NCBI GenBank assembly: GCA_934096315.1
Contig: CAKOLT010000002.1
Coordinates: forward strand, 4,108-68,107
DNA length: 64,000 nt
Reading direction: 5' to 3'
DNA from: an uncultured Bacilli bacterium
Lineage (GTDB): Bacteria > Bacillota_I > Bacilli_A > RF39 > UBA660
Each line of letters begins with the position of its first letter. Position 1 is the first letter of the stretch. Positions 19,995 through 31,147 of the stretch are shown here, one piece after another. Position numbers and translations under genes: made by a program. Under the pieces are notes generated by a model. That model had not been told where the DNA came from, made no database searches, and worked only from the letters and a program-made list of their open reading frames with translations.

Positions 19995-20067
19995 AATAAA
20001 ATATCATATAGGTTAATACCTATGTGGAAGGATAAAAAAGTCCGCATAACCACATAAGGAGGTAATT

Positions 20068-20763
20068 ATGAAAAAAAGCAAGAGATATATAACAAATACC
20101 CAAAAAGTAGAAAAAAATAAGTTATATACAAACGAAGAAGCCGTAAAACTAGTAAAAGAAACATCAAACGCAAAGTTTGACAGTACTATTGAAGTAGCAA
20201 TGAATCTAAACTTAGATGTTAAAAAAGCAGATCAACAACTACGTGGAGCAGTAGTACTTCCAAACGGAACAGGAAAAAGTAAGAAAATATTAGTTTTAGC
20301 CAAAGGAGATCAAGCAAAAGCAGCAAAAGAAGCTGGAGCAGACTATGTTGGAGACATGGACATGATTACAAAAATAGAAAAAGAAAACTGGTTTGACTTC
20401 GATGTAATTATTGCAACACCAGAAATGATGCCATCTCTAGGTAAAATAGGTAAATTACTTGGACCAAAAGGATTAATGCCTAATCCTAAAACAGGAACAG
20501 TAACTACAGATATAGCAAAAGCAGTTGCTGAAACTAAAAAAGGAAAAGTAAATTATCGTACGGATAGTTTTGGAAACATCCATGGAGTAATCGGAAAAGC
20601 TAGTTTTACTGAAGAAGCTTTAAATGAAAACCTAAAAGCATTCGTAAATGTAATACTTAAAGCAAAACCAACTACAGTTAAAGGTGTTTATGTTAAAAAT
20701 ATAACTATATCATCTACTATGGGTCCTGGAATTAAAATTGACATAAATTCATTTGACAAATAG
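20068..20763 (+). CDS. rplA: 50S ribosomal protein L1
   Basis: 231 aa. [49 protein letters not shown]. Confidence 0.95.
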   Translation: MKKSKRYITNTQKVEKNKLYTNEEAVKLVKETSNAKFDSTIEVAMNLNLDVKKADQQLRGAVVLPNGTGKSKKILVLAKGDQAKAAKEAGADYVGDMDMITKIEKENWFDFDVIIATPEMMPSLGKIGKLLGPKGLMPNPKTGTVTTDIAKAVAETKKGKVNYRTDSFGNIHGVIGKASFTEEALNENLKAFVNVILKAKPTTVKGVYVKNITISSTMGPGIKIDINSFDK

Positions 20764-20799
20764 TGTGAATTAGTATATAATATAAATCAATCAAAGAAA

Positions 20800-20890
20800 A
20801 ATTATGCCAAAGACAGTAAGGACGAAAGTTTAAAAATCTTACCGAGGAATAAATATCTTTTTTATCCCTCGAATTGAGGGATTTTCTTTA
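20800..20890 (+). promoter_or_regulatory. L10 (rplJ) leader with transcription-attenuator hairpin
   Basis: GACAGTAAGG...CTTACCGAGG stem. Terminator ATCCCTC (20864-20870) pairs with GAGGGAT (20876-20882), followed by TTTCTTT. An alternative CGAGG (20843-20847) / CCTCG pairing could act as an antiterminator. Position and layout fit the Firmicute L10 leader. Confidence 0.55.
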
Positions 20891-20913
20891 GGCATAAAGA
20901 AAGGAAGGAAACT

Positions 20914-21405
20914 GTGGCAAATACAAAGATAATTGAAGAAAAAAGCAATATAGTATCTGAAATAAAAGATAGACTACAAGAAGCAAAATCAATCGTACTA
21001 TTTGACTACCGTGGGTTATCAGTAGCAGAAGTTACAGAACTTAGAAAGAAACTAAGAGAAAACGGTTCTGACTACAAAGTATATAAAAATACTTTAACAA
21101 AAAGAGCAGTCGAACAAGCAGGATTACAATTAGAAGAATACCTAACAGGACCAAACGCAATTTCATTTGGAACTGACGAGTTATCAATAGTAAAAATATT
21201 AAGCGATTTTTCTAAAGACCACAAAGCTTTAGAATTAAAAGCAGGTATCATTGATGGAAAAGTAGCAAATTCTGAAGACTTAGCAAAATATGCATCTATT
21301 CCATCACGTGAAGGATTACTTACTATGTTAGCTGGTGGACTAATTGGAACTGTAAAAGACTTAAGTATTGCACTTAACTTATTAGCAGAACAAAAGGAAA
21401 ACTAA
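20914..21405 (+). CDS. rplJ: 50S ribosomal protein L10 (GTG start)
   Basis: 163 aa. SIVLFDYRGLSVAEVTELRKKLRENGSDYKVYKNTL. Confidence 0.95.
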   Translation: MANTKIIEEKSNIVSEIKDRLQEAKSIVLFDYRGLSVAEVTELRKKLRENGSDYKVYKNTLTKRAVEQAGLQLEEYLTGPNAISFGTDELSIVKILSDFSKDHKALELKAGIIDGKVANSEDLAKYASIPSREGLLTMLAGGLIGTVKDLSIALNLLAEQKEN

Positions 21406-21641
21406 TGAGAATGTACGATAAAGATGATGAAATAATAGAGGGAATGAAGAAATATCTAAAAAGCCTAAAACATCTGGCAGAAATAGACCCTATATCAGCA
21501 AGAAAAGAATCAACAGAAGCCCTTCAAAGAATGGGACTAATTGATGAAAATTTAAAATACAAATATCCATACAATGGAGAAAGGCCAAAAGGTAATGACT
21601 TTACCTACGGTCCAAAAATAAAAATTAAAGGAGGAAAATAA
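21405..21641 (+). CDS. hypothetical 78-aa protein encoded in the rplJ-rplL spacer
   Basis: The ATG shares its A with the rplJ TAA. The frame is open to TAA 21639-21641, 1 nt before the rplL ATG. AAGGAAA lies 5 nt upstream. The other two forward frames stop at 21406-21408 and 21419-21421. Confidence 0.55.
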   Translation: MRMYDKDDEIIEGMKKYLKSLKHLAEIDPISARKESTEALQRMGLIDENLKYKYPYNGERPKGNDFTYGPKIKIKGGK

Positions 21642-21642
21642 A

Positions 21643-22008
21643 ATGGCAAAATTAACAAGAGAAGATTTTATCAGTGCTTTAAAAGAAATGACAATTCTTG
21701 AAATCAAAGATCTAGTAGATGCAATGAAGGAGGAGTTTGGTGTAGATCCAACTGCAGTAGCAGTAGCAGCAGCACCTCAAGCAGCAGCAGAAGAAGGACC
21801 ATCAAAAGTAAATGTAGTATTAACTTCAGCTGGTTCAAATAAAATTCAAGTAATTAAAATAGTAAGAGATCTAACTGGATTAGGATTAAAAGAAGCAAAA
21901 GAAATAGCAGATAATGGCGGAAACGTTAAAGAAGGCATTGACAAAGAAGAAGCAGAAAAAATCAAAGCACAATTCGAAGAAGCTGGAGCTTCAGTTGAAT
22001 TAAAATAA
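21643..22008 (+). CDS. rplL: 50S ribosomal protein L7/L12
   Basis: 121 aa. Ala-rich hinge [16 protein letters not shown] and C-terminal domain [21 protein letters not shown]. Confidence 0.95.
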   Translation: MAKLTREDFISALKEMTILEIKDLVDAMKEEFGVDPTAVAVAAAPQAAAEEGPSKVNVVLTSAGSNKIQVIKIVRDLTGLGLKEAKEIADNGGNVKEGIDKEEAEKIKAQFEEAGASVELK

Positions 22009-22009
22009 T

Positions 22010-22036
22010 GAAAGTCAAAAAAAGACTTTCTTTTTT
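22010..22036 (+). terminator. intrinsic terminator after rplL
   Basis: GAAAGTC (22010-22016) pairs with GACTTTC (22024-22030), followed by TTTTTT. Confidence 0.75.
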
Positions 22037-22158
22037 AATAACTATAGATAATCTTCTTCAAAAACAAGCAAAATTAATCTAAAAAAGAAATAAAAAACCC
22101 AATTATTTAAAAAAACACAATTTTTTCACAAATTTATTAAAAAAATCAAAAAAACTTA

Positions 22159-22187
22159 TTGACTTCTTACCATAATTCTGCTAACAT
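22159..22187 (+). promoter_or_regulatory. candidate sigma-A-like promoter for rpoBC
   Basis: TTGACT (22159-22164), 17-nt spacer, TAACAT (22182-22187). Confidence 0.4.
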
Positions 22188-22256
22188 TATATATTGGTTA
22201 CACATCTTTTTTGATGTATAAAATATATAAAAATTTAGGTATTGGGGTGAAAATTA

Positions 22257-25200
22257 ATGGCTTATAAATTAAAGCAAAGCGGAGATTATAGAAAAAGAAG
22301 AAATTTTTCTATGATAAAAAATTCATTAGAACTTGATAATTTATTACAAATTCAAAAAGAATCATATCAATGGTTTGTTACAGAAGGGGTAAAAGAAGTA
22401 CTTGAAGACTTTTCACCAATAGAAAGTTTTTCAGGAAGCTTAACATTAGAATTCGGAGAGTATGAGTTTGATACTCCACGATATTCTATAAAAGAATGTA
22501 AAGACAGGCAAGTAACATATGCTGCACCACTTAAAGTCCAAACAAGACTATTTAACAATGAAACAGGAGAAGTAAAGGAACAAGAAATATTTCTTGGAGA
22601 CATGCCTTTAATGACAGAAAGTGGATCATTCATAATTAACGGAGCGGAAAGAGTTGTAGTATCTCAATTAGTAAGATCACCAAGTGTATATTTTTCAAAG
22701 GAATTAGATAAAAATGGAAAACCAACTTTTTCGTCAAAAATTATTCCTACTAGAGGAACATGGCTAGAATATGAAATAGATGCTAAAGATGTAATCTATG
22801 TAAGAATTGATAGAACAAGAAAGGTTGCATTAACTACTTTAATTAGAGCCTTTGGATTATCATCAAATGAAGAAATATTAGAATTTTTTGATAACAATAA
22901 ATACATACAAAACACTATAGAAAGAGACTCAACTAAAAACACAGATGAAGCACTAATAGAAATATACGAAAAATTAAGGCCAGGAGAGCCAACAACACTA
23001 GACTCATCAAAAAACCAATTAATAACAAGATTTTTTGATAATTTTAGATACGATTTAGCCAAAGTAGGTAGATATAAATTTAACCAAAGACTAAATATAA
23101 CAGATCGTTTACTAAACAATAAAATTGCTCAAGATATTATCGTGGATGGTGAAACAATAGTAACAGATGGAACACTTATAACAAAAGAAGTACTAGAAAA
23201 ATTAACACCATATTTAGAAGGACCAAACGGTTATGGAAGAATGGAAGCTCCTGCAAATAAAGAATTAAACACAGATAACATAGTGCAAGTATTATATGTA
23301 TATTCTAACAATGAACCAGGTAAAAAAGTAAAAATAATAGGAAATGACCAAACACTAGATTTAAAAATACTAACAATTTCAGACTTTATTGCATCTGTCT
23401 CATATTACTTAAATCTATTTGAAGGAATCGGTAAAGATGATGAAATAGACCATTTAGGAAACAGAAGAATAAGACAAGTTGGTGAACTTTTACAAAACCA
23501 ATTCAAAATAGGTTTTAGTAGAATGGATAGAGTAATTAGAGAAAGAATGACTACTCAAGACATGGAAACTGTAACACCAAAAACACTAATTAACATAAGA
23601 CCAGTAACAGCAGTCATTAAAGAATTTTTTGGTAGTAGCCAATTATCTCAATTCATGGATCAAGTAAATCCAATTGCGGAATTAACACATAAAAGAAGAC
23701 TATCCGCATTAGGACCAGGAGGACTATCACGTGATAGAGCAGGTATGGAAGTACGTGACGTAAACTCCTCACACTACGGAAGAATATGTCCAATAGAATC
23801 ACCAGAAGGACAAAACATAGGACTAATAACATCATTAGCTAGTTATGCAAAAGTAGATGAATATGGATTTATTCAAACACCATATAGAAAAGTAGAAAAT
23901 AAAAAATTAACAGACGAAGTAGTATATCTAACTGCAACAGAAGAAGAAGATTATTACATATCTCAGGCAACTGTAAATGTAAATGATAACATGGAAATTA
24001 CTGACCAAACAGTAGCAGGAAGATATCGCGGAGAAAACGTAATAATCCCTGTAGACAAAGTTGACTACATAGATGTATCTCCTCAACAAGTAGTGTCTGT
24101 AACAACAAGTTTAATACCATTCTTGGAACACGATGATGCAACTCGTGCCCTAATGGGAGCAAACATGCAACGTCAAGCACTACCATTACTAACAACTGAA
24201 GCACCATTTGTTGGAACAGGAGTAGAATACATCGCTGCCAAAGATTCAGGAGCAGTAGTAGTAGCTAAAGCAGACGGAATAGTAGAATACGCAGATGCTA
24301 AAAAAATTATAGTTAAAAATGCTAAAGGTAAAGACAACTATACTTTAACAAACTTTGAACGTTCTAACCAAGGTGAAACAAACAACCAAAGACCAATCGT
24401 AAGAAAGGGAGATAGCGTAAAAAGAGGACAAATAATTGCTGATGGACCAAGTACAGATAAAGGAGAGCTAGCCCTTGGAAAAAATGTAGTAGTAGCCTTT
24501 ATGACATTTAACGGTTATAACTTCGAAGACGCCGTAATTATGAATGAAAGACTAGTAAAAGATGACGTTTACACATCTTTACACATAGAAGACTACGAAT
24601 TACAATGCCGTGATACAAAATTAGGACCAGAAGAAATAACAAGAGATATACCAAACGTAAGCGAAGAATTACGTAAAAATCTTGATGCAAACGGTATAAT
24701 AAGAATAGGAACAGAAGTAAAAGAAGGAGATATTCTTGTAGGTAAAGTAACACCAAAAGGTATGGCTGATTTAACAAGCGAAGAAAAACTACTACATGCA
24801 ATATTCGGTGAAAAAACAAGAGAAGTAAGAAATACATCATTAACAGTTCCTCACGGAGGAGAAGGTATAGTCCATGATGTAAAAGTATATACAAAGAAAG
24901 ATAACGACGATCTTCCAAGCGGAGTAAGTAAAGTCGTAAGAGTATATATAATCCAAAAAAGAAAAATACAAGTCGGAGATAAAATGGCCGGAAGACACGG
25001 AAATAAAGGTGTAATATCACTAATATTACCACGTGAAGACATGCCATATTTACCAGATGGAACTCCAGTAGATATAATGCTAAATCCACAAGGTGTACCA
25101 TCACGTATGAATATTGGACAAATACTAGAATTACACTTAGGAATGGCTGCCAAAAAATTAAATGTCCATGTTGCAACACCTGTATTAGATGGTGCTAAAA

Positions 25201-25910
25201 AAGATGATATTGCAGAAATGATGAAAGAAGCAGGTATGGATGAAGACGGAAAAACAGTTTTATACGATGGTAGAACTGGAGAACCATTTGACAATAGAAT
25301 AAGTGTCGGTGTTATGTATATGATTAAATTACATCACATGGTTGATGATAAATTACATGCACGTGCTACAGGACCTTACTCATTAGTAACACAACAACCA
25401 CTAGGAGGAAAAGCCCAATTCGGAGGTCAAAGATTCGGAGAAATGGAAGTATGGGCACTGGAAGCCTATGGAGCAGCACATGTACTACAAGAAATACTAA
25501 CATATAAATCTGATGATGTCCTAGGACGTGTGAAAGTATATGAATCAATAGTTAAAGGAACAGCCTTACCATCACCAGGATTACCAGAATCATTCAGAGT
25601 ATTAATAAAAGAATTCCAAGCATTAGGACTAGATATATCAGTAATTAATAATGATGATGAAATTATAGATATGAGACAGTTAGAATCTGATGAAGAAGAT
25701 GACGACATAGTAATTGAAGAAATACCAAAGTCAAACCCATTCAGAGATACTGACGATGATGACGAAGATGATGAATTCGATGATGGCGAATTACCAGAAG
25801 AAGACGAAGATGAACTTGAAGATGAAATAGAATATGCTAAAATGGAAAACGAAGAATACGAAGAAGCACTAAACGATATTAACGAAGATAATCAAGGAGG
25901 TGAAATCTAA
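22257..25910 (+). CDS. rpoB: DNA-directed RNA polymerase subunit beta, with a long acidic C-terminal tail
   Basis: 1217 aa with canonical beta motifs ([45 protein letters not shown]). 40 of the last 75 residues are D/E by hand count. Confidence 0.97.
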   Translation: MAYKLKQSGDYRKRRNFSMIKNSLELDNLLQIQKESYQWFVTEGVKEVLEDFSPIESFSGSLTLEFGEYEFDTPRYSIKECKDRQVTYAAPLKVQTRLFNNETGEVKEQEIFLGDMPLMTESGSFIINGAERVVVSQLVRSPSVYFSKELDKNGKPTFSSKIIPTRGTWLEYEIDAKDVIYVRIDRTRKVALTTLIRAFGLSSNEEILEFFDNNKYIQNTIERDSTKNTDEALIEIYEKLRPGEPTTLDSSKNQLITRFFDNFRYDLAKVGRYKFNQRLNITDRLLNNKIAQDIIVDGETIVTDGTLITKEVLEKLTPYLEGPNGYGRMEAPANKELNTDNIVQVLYVYSNNEPGKKVKIIGNDQTLDLKILTISDFIASVSYYLNLFEGIGKDDEIDHLGNRRIRQVGELLQNQFKIGFSRMDRVIRERMTTQDMETVTPKTLINIRPVTAVIKEFFGSSQLSQFMDQVNPIAELTHKRRLSALGPGGLSRDRAGMEVRDVNSSHYGRICPIESPEGQNIGLITSLASYAKVDEYGFIQTPYRKVENKKLTDEVVYLTATEEEDYYISQATVNVNDNMEITDQTVAGRYRGENVIIPVDKVDYIDVSPQQVVSVTTSLIPFLEHDDATRALMGANMQRQALPLLTTEAPFVGTGVEYIAAKDSGAVVVAKADGIVEYADAKKIIVKNAKGKDNYTLTNFERSNQGETNNQRPIVRKGDSVKRGQIIADGPSTDKGELALGKNVVVAFMTFNGYNFEDAVIMNERLVKDDVYTSLHIEDYELQCRDTKLGPEEITRDIPNVSEELRKNLDANGIIRIGTEVKEGDILVGKVTPKGMADLTSEEKLLHAIFGEKTREVRNTSLTVPHGGEGIVHDVKVYTKKDNDDLPSGVSKVVRVYIIQKRKIQVGDKMAGRHGNKGVISLILPREDMPYLPDGTPVDIMLNPQGVPSRMNIGQILELHLGMAAKKLNVHVATPVLDGAKKDDIAEMMKEAGMDEDGKTVLYDGRTGEPFDNRISVGVMYMIKLHHMVDDKLHARATGPYSLVTQQPLGGKAQFGGQRFGEMEVWALEAYGAAHVLQEILTYKSDDVLGRVKVYESIVKGTALPSPGLPESFRVLIKEFQALGLDISVINNDDEIIDMRQLESDEEDDDIVIEEIPKSNPFRDTDDDDEDDEFDDGELPEEDEDELEDEIEYAKMENEEYEEALNDINEDNQGGEI

Positions 25911-28900
25911 TGATAGAAGCAAATAAATTTAAAGCACTAAAAATATCAATAGCATCACCTGAAAAAATCAGATCATGGTCATATGGAGAAGTCCAAAAAC
26001 CAGAAACAATAAATTACAGAACCCTAAAGCCTGAAAGAGATGGACTATTCTGTGAAAAAATCTTTGGACCCACTAGAGATTATGAATGTAGTTGTGGAAA
26101 GTATAAAAGATTAAGATACAAAAATATAGTCTGTGACAGATGTGGTGTAGAAGTAACTAAATCTAAAGTCAGAAGAGAAAGAATGGGACACATAGATTTA
26201 GCTACTCCCGTAACCCATATATGGTACGTAAAAGGAATACCATCATATATAGGATTATGTTTAGATATGTCTCCTAGAGATCTAGAAGAAGTAATATACT
26301 TTGTATCTTATGTAGTAATAGATCCAGGAAGTACGACATTAGTTAAAAAACAAACTCTATCTGATAAAGAATATCGTGTATATTATGAAAAATACGGAAA
26401 TACATTTAAAGTTGGCATGGGGGCAAGTGCAATAAAAGAATTACTACAGGAAGTAGATGTAAACAAAGAACTTGAAGAAATCCAAAAAGAACTTGAAAAT
26501 GCAACTGGTCAAAAAAGAATAAGACTAGTAAAAAGACTAGACGTATTAAACTCATTTGCCACTTCAGGAAATCGCCCTGAATGGATGGTATTAGACGCTC
26601 TACCAGTAATTCCTCCAGAATTAAGACCAATGATTCAATTAGATGGTGGAAGATTTGCTACTTCAGATTTAAATGATCTATATCGTAGAGTAATTAACAG
26701 AAATAATAGATTGAAAAAACTTATTGAATTAGGAGCCCCTTCTATAATCATTCAAAACGAAAAAAGAATGCTTCAAGAAGCAGTTGATGCCCTATTTGAT
26801 AATGGAAGAAGAGGAAGAAGCGTAACCGGAGCAGGAGGAAGAGCCCTAAAATCATTATCAAGTATGTTAAAAGGAAAACAAGGAAGATTTAGACAAAACC
26901 TATTAGGTAAACGTGTGGATTATTCAGGACGTTCTGTTATCGTGGTTGGGCCAGATCTAAAAATGTATCAATGTGGAATACCAAAAGAAATGGCTCTAGA
27001 ACTATTTAAACCACATGTAATAAATGGATTAGTATCAAGAGAAATAGCTAATAATATTAAATCTGCTAAAAGAATGATTGAAAACCAAGATCCTAAAGTA
27101 TGGGATATTGTAGAAGACGTTATAAAGGAATACCCTGTAATGTTAAACCGTGCCCCAACTTTACATAGATTAGGTATCCAAGCATTTGAGCCAAAACTAA
27201 TATCAGGAAAAGCAATTAGACTGCACCCACTTGTAACAACACCATTCAATGCCGATTTCGATGGTGACCAAATGGCAGTCCACGTACCATTATCAGAAGA
27301 GGCTAAAGCGGAAGCAAGGATACTAATGCTCGGAGCAAATAACATTTTAAGTCCTAAAAATGGGCAACCAATAGTAACACCATCTCAAGATATGGTATTA
27401 GGTAATTACTATATCACTATGGAAAAAGCAGGTTTAGATGGAGAAGGAAGAGTATTTAAAAACACAAATGAAGCTCTAATGGCATACAATAGACGCGAAA
27501 TAACACTACACACAAGAATAATAATACCTGTCAATTCATTTAAACATAAAGTATTCTTAGATTGTCACAAAAACAAATACTTAGTAACAACTGCAGGAAA
27601 AATACTATTTAATGAAATATTACCAGACTCATTCCCATATATAAATGAGCCAACAGATGAAAACATAGAAAAATGCGTATCAAGTAAATTCTTTATAAAT
27701 TATGGAGAAAACATTCAAGAAAAACTAAAAGAAATACCTTTGTCCTCTCCATTTAAAAAAGGAACACTTGAAAAAATAATTGCTCAAATGTTCAAAAAAT
27801 ACAAAACAACAGAAACATCAATAATGCTTGATAAACTAAAAGATTTAGGGTTCAAATATTCTACTTATGCAGGAATAACAATCGCAGCATCTGACGTTGT
27901 AAGTAGTAAAAATAAACCACAAATAATTGAAAACTCAGAAAAAGAAGTAGAAAAAATTAACAAACAATACAAACGTGGTTTAATTACAAACAAAGAAAGA
28001 ACAGACCTAGTTATTGAAGTATGGAATAAAGCTAAAAAAGACATAGAAAAAGAACTAGAAAGTTATGCAAAATCAAGAGAATACGAAGATAACCCAATCT
28101 TTATAATGATGAATTCCAAAGCTCGTGGATCAATATCAAACTTCGTCCAATTAGCAGGTATGCGTGGTATAATGGCTAAACCAAATGGAGAACCAGTAGA
28201 AATACCAATTAAATCATCATTCCGTGATGGATTATCAGTATCAGAATTCTTCTTATCAACACACGGTGCTCGTAAAGGAAGTGCAGATACAGCCCTAAAA
28301 ACAGCCGATTCAGGATATATGACAAGAAGACTTGTAGACGTTGCACAAGATATAATAGTAAGAGAAGACGACTGCGGAACAATACAAGGTGTAACAGTAA
28401 GTGCCTTTAAAGACGAAAAAGACGGAATTATTGAACCTTTATATGATAGAATTCTTGGAAGATATACAAATAATAAAGTAGTAAATCCAGAAACAAAAGA
28501 AGTCATAATTGAAAAAGGAGAATTAATAACTGAAGCAATAGCAGACAAAATAATAAAAGCAGGTATTGAAGAAGTAGAAATAAGAAACGTCTTAACATGT
28601 AAAACAGAACACGGTGTATGCCGTAAGTGTTATGGTAGAAACCTTGCAACTGGTAACATTGTTGAAATCGGTGAAGCTGTAGGAACAATGGGAGCTCAGT
28701 CAATCGGAGAACCAGGAACACAGTTAACAATGCGTACATTCCACACTGGAGGTGTTGCCGGAGCAGATATCACTCAAGGTTTACCACGTGTTGAAGAACT
28801 ATTTGAAGCAAGAACTCCAAAAGGAAAAGCATTAATTTCAGAAATAAATGGAACAGTCCATAAAATAGAAGAAACATCAGGAAAATATAAAATATATATT

Positions 28901-29542
28901 AAAAATGCTAACGAAATAAGGGAACATGTAACAATATACGGAGCAAAACTTCGTGTAGAAAAAGGAGATAAAGTATCAGCAGGAGACAGACTTACTGAAG
29001 GTAATGTCTCTCCAAAAGAATTACTTGCAGTTACAGATCCAAACACAGTACAACAATATATATTAAAAGAAGTCCAAAAAGTATATCGTTCTCAAGGTGT
29101 TGATATAAATGATAAACACGTAGAAATAATAGCAAGAAGAATGATATCTCAAATAAGAATAATGGATGCTGGAGATACCTTGTTCTTACCAAGTACTACA
29201 GTATCAATTAGAGAGTTTACCGAAGGAAACAAAGAAGTTATATTACAAGGTAAAAAACCAGCAATTGGGCAACCAATATTACTAGGTATAACAAAATCAT
29301 CATTACAAACAGATTCATTCCTAGCTTCTGCATCCTTCCAAGAAACAACAAGAATATTAACAGAAGCATCTGTCAAAGGTAGAGTAGACAATTTACATGG
29401 TTTAAAAGAAAACGTAATAATTGGTAAACTAATACCTGCAGGAACTGGAGCTAAAGAATACATGGATATAGGATATTCGTTAGAAAAGGAATTCTTTGAC
29501 GACGAACCATCAGAAGCTTTAGAAGAAGAATTTTTAGATTAA
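25910..29542 (+). CDS. rpoC: DNA-directed RNA polymerase subunit beta'
   Basis: 1210 aa. Zn-finger [23 protein letters not shown] and catalytic [12 protein letters not shown]. The start overlaps the rpoB stop (TAATG). Confidence 0.97.
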   Translation: MIEANKFKALKISIASPEKIRSWSYGEVQKPETINYRTLKPERDGLFCEKIFGPTRDYECSCGKYKRLRYKNIVCDRCGVEVTKSKVRRERMGHIDLATPVTHIWYVKGIPSYIGLCLDMSPRDLEEVIYFVSYVVIDPGSTTLVKKQTLSDKEYRVYYEKYGNTFKVGMGASAIKELLQEVDVNKELEEIQKELENATGQKRIRLVKRLDVLNSFATSGNRPEWMVLDALPVIPPELRPMIQLDGGRFATSDLNDLYRRVINRNNRLKKLIELGAPSIIIQNEKRMLQEAVDALFDNGRRGRSVTGAGGRALKSLSSMLKGKQGRFRQNLLGKRVDYSGRSVIVVGPDLKMYQCGIPKEMALELFKPHVINGLVSREIANNIKSAKRMIENQDPKVWDIVEDVIKEYPVMLNRAPTLHRLGIQAFEPKLISGKAIRLHPLVTTPFNADFDGDQMAVHVPLSEEAKAEARILMLGANNILSPKNGQPIVTPSQDMVLGNYYITMEKAGLDGEGRVFKNTNEALMAYNRREITLHTRIIIPVNSFKHKVFLDCHKNKYLVTTAGKILFNEILPDSFPYINEPTDENIEKCVSSKFFINYGENIQEKLKEIPLSSPFKKGTLEKIIAQMFKKYKTTETSIMLDKLKDLGFKYSTYAGITIAASDVVSSKNKPQIIENSEKEVEKINKQYKRGLITNKERTDLVIEVWNKAKKDIEKELESYAKSREYEDNPIFIMMNSKARGSISNFVQLAGMRGIMAKPNGEPVEIPIKSSFRDGLSVSEFFLSTHGARKGSADTALKTADSGYMTRRLVDVAQDIIVREDDCGTIQGVTVSAFKDEKDGIIEPLYDRILGRYTNNKVVNPETKEVIIEKGELITEAIADKIIKAGIEEVEIRNVLTCKTEHGVCRKCYGRNLATGNIVEIGEAVGTMGAQSIGEPGTQLTMRTFHTGGVAGADITQGLPRVEELFEARTPKGKALISEINGTVHKIEETSGKYKIYIKNANEIREHVTIYGAKLRVEKGDKVSAGDRLTEGNVSPKELLAVTDPNTVQQYILKEVQKVYRSQGVDINDKHVEIIARRMISQIRIMDAGDTLFLPSTTVSIREFTEGNKEVILQGKKPAIGQPILLGITKSSLQTDSFLASASFQETTRILTEASVKGRVDNLHGLKENVIIGKLIPAGTGAKEYMDIGYSLEKEFFDDEPSEALEEEFLD

Positions 29543-29584
29543 GGATTTATATAAGCCTTTTTCTTAATTATATGGAGGAGTACA

Positions 29585-30094
29585 ATGAGTAAATTAGAAG
29601 AATTAAACGAATTAAAAAAAATATATGAAACTATCAAAGAAAGCATATCCCCCGAAATAAAACAAACCCTAGAAGAAAAATTAGAAAAAATGGAAGAAGA
29701 AGTACATATTCTAAATATTAGATCTGAATATGATAACATAATAACATTACTAGATGAATTAGTTTTATATGATATGGAATCATTAGAAACATTAACATGG
29801 CATCACTATACAAAAACAAGTAAAAAAACAAGAATAAATGAAGGTCAGTTAAATGAATTACTACAAACATATCAAAATACAACAATTTCACCTCAAATAA
29901 AAATGGAAATAAATGGAGAAATTGATTCAAAACTAATAACTAAAATAAAATTACTTACTACCTGCCTAGAAAATATACTTCAAGCTCCTAGTGCAATCAT
30001 AGAGACTTCTTTATATGAAATAAATCCTGATTTCTTAGAAATTATTAAAAGATTACTTCAAAAAAATAAGAAAAAGCAAAAATGTAAAAAATAA
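29585..30094 (+). CDS. hypothetical protein (169 aa), coiled-coil-like N-terminus and basic tail
   Basis: GGAGGAG SD 5 nt upstream. Lies 42 nt after rpoC with no convincing terminator between them. No family recognised. Confidence 0.5.
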   Translation: MSKLEELNELKKIYETIKESISPEIKQTLEEKLEKMEEEVHILNIRSEYDNIITLLDELVLYDMESLETLTWHHYTKTSKKTRINEGQLNELLQTYQNTTISPQIKMEINGEIDSKLITKIKLLTTCLENILQAPSAIIETSLYEINPDFLEIIKRLLQKNKKKQKCKK

Positions 30095-30172
30095 AACCAT
30101 TTTTGTTTTTTCATATATAATTAATGTTTCACACTTATAGGCGTCTAACATACACTATTAATGGAGGTAAAT

Positions 30173-30415
30173 ATGAGTTTTAATGATAACTTTTTTGATA
30201 AAATAAAGAAGAAAACCAACGTTGATAAAGAAACTATTTTATCACTAGCAAGTAAACTACAACAAGGTAACATGAAAGATGAAAAAACTTTAAAGGAAGT
30301 AATTAGTGAAATATCAAGAATGACAGGAAGAGAGGTATCTAAAGAAAAAGAACAAAAAATTATTGATGCTGTAATCAATGATAAAGTTCCCCAAAATTTA
30401 GATAAATACCTATAA
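30173..30415 (+). CDS. stage VI sporulation protein F (SpoVIF)-like small protein
   Basis: NFFDKIKKKTNVDKETILSLASKLQQGNMKDEKTLKEVISEISRMTGREVSKEKEQKIIDAV resembles the SpoVIF family pattern as I recall it. ATG 30173 follows GGAGG. Confidence 0.5.
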   Translation: MSFNDNFFDKIKKKTNVDKETILSLASKLQQGNMKDEKTLKEVISEISRMTGREVSKEKEQKIIDAVINDKVPQNLDKYL

Positions 30416-31053
30416 TGGATAACATAACAATTGGAATAGTTGCTCGTGATGAAAAAATAGGAAAAACCACCTACCAAGTAGTATCTCAAAACATACTCAA
30501 ATATTTAGACAACAAATGCAATTACATAGGTCTAATCACCCACTCAAAAGATTACATTGATAAAGAACTATTAGAAATATGTGATGGAATAATAATACAA
30601 GGAGGAAGTGAAATATCACCTTACCATTACCAAATAGTTAATCACTGTATAAAGACAAAAACACCATTATTAGGAATATGCATGGGACATCAGATACTAG
30701 GACTATACTCAAACACAAAAGACGAATTATCATTAATAAATGTCCAAAACCACAACTCAGAAAATATAACCCATAACATAAACATAACTCCAGGCACAAT
30801 TTTACATCGTCTCTTCGGCTCAAACCTCACTACAAACACCAGACACAACTATGCATTAGAAACAGTAACAAAACCCTTCAAAGTTATTGCTAAAAGTGAT
30901 GATAACGTAATTGAAGCCTTAGAATATACTGCAAACGGAAATTATCTTTTAGGAGTCCAGTGGCATCCTGAAGACATGAATAACATGGATAACATTTTTA
31001 TAGATTTTACCAGAGCAGCCTTACTAAATAAAACAAATAAAAACCTATCATAG
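30415..31053 (+). CDS. class I glutamine amidotransferase-like hydrolase (peptidase C26 / gamma-glutamyl-GABA hydrolase family)
   Basis: Nucleophile elbow LLGICMGHQILG and LGVQWHPE. 212 aa. Confidence 0.8.
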   Translation: MDNITIGIVARDEKIGKTTYQVVSQNILKYLDNKCNYIGLITHSKDYIDKELLEICDGIIIQGGSEISPYHYQIVNHCIKTKTPLLGICMGHQILGLYSNTKDELSLINVQNHNSENITHNINITPGTILHRLFGSNLTTNTRHNYALETVTKPFKVIAKSDDNVIEALEYTANGNYLLGVQWHPEDMNNMDNIFIDFTRAALLNKTNKNLS

Positions 31054-31061
31054 GTTTTTTT
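31039..31061 (+). terminator. intrinsic terminator overlapping the amidotransferase stop codon
   Basis: AACCTA (31042-31047) pairs with TAGGTT (31051-31056), followed by a T-run. The loop is short, at 3 nt. Confidence 0.5.
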
Positions 31062-31063
31062 AT

Positions 31064-31091
31064 GTATATTAATTCATAAAACACATAGTAT
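31064..31091 (+). promoter_or_regulatory. possible sigma-E-type promoter for spoIVA
   Basis: GTATATT (31064-31070), 13 nt, CATAGTAT (31084-31091). Compare the sigma-E consensus ~ATATT / CATACA-T. spoIVA is sigma-E dependent in B. subtilis. Confidence 0.3.
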
Positions 31092-31147
31092 TTAATGAAA
31101 AGGAAAAGAGGTGAATACTTATTTCAAATAATTTTGAAATAAAAAAT

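Noticed and set aside
22367-29463. About 14 minus-strand ORFs (60-213 aa) inside rpoB and rpoC, for example 24538..25179 and 28063..28548.
   Set aside because: They lie entirely antisense to highly conserved coding sequence. Their translations are low-complexity L/F/S/V-rich, typical of shadow frames in codon-biased AT-rich genes. No SD or promoter context was seen.
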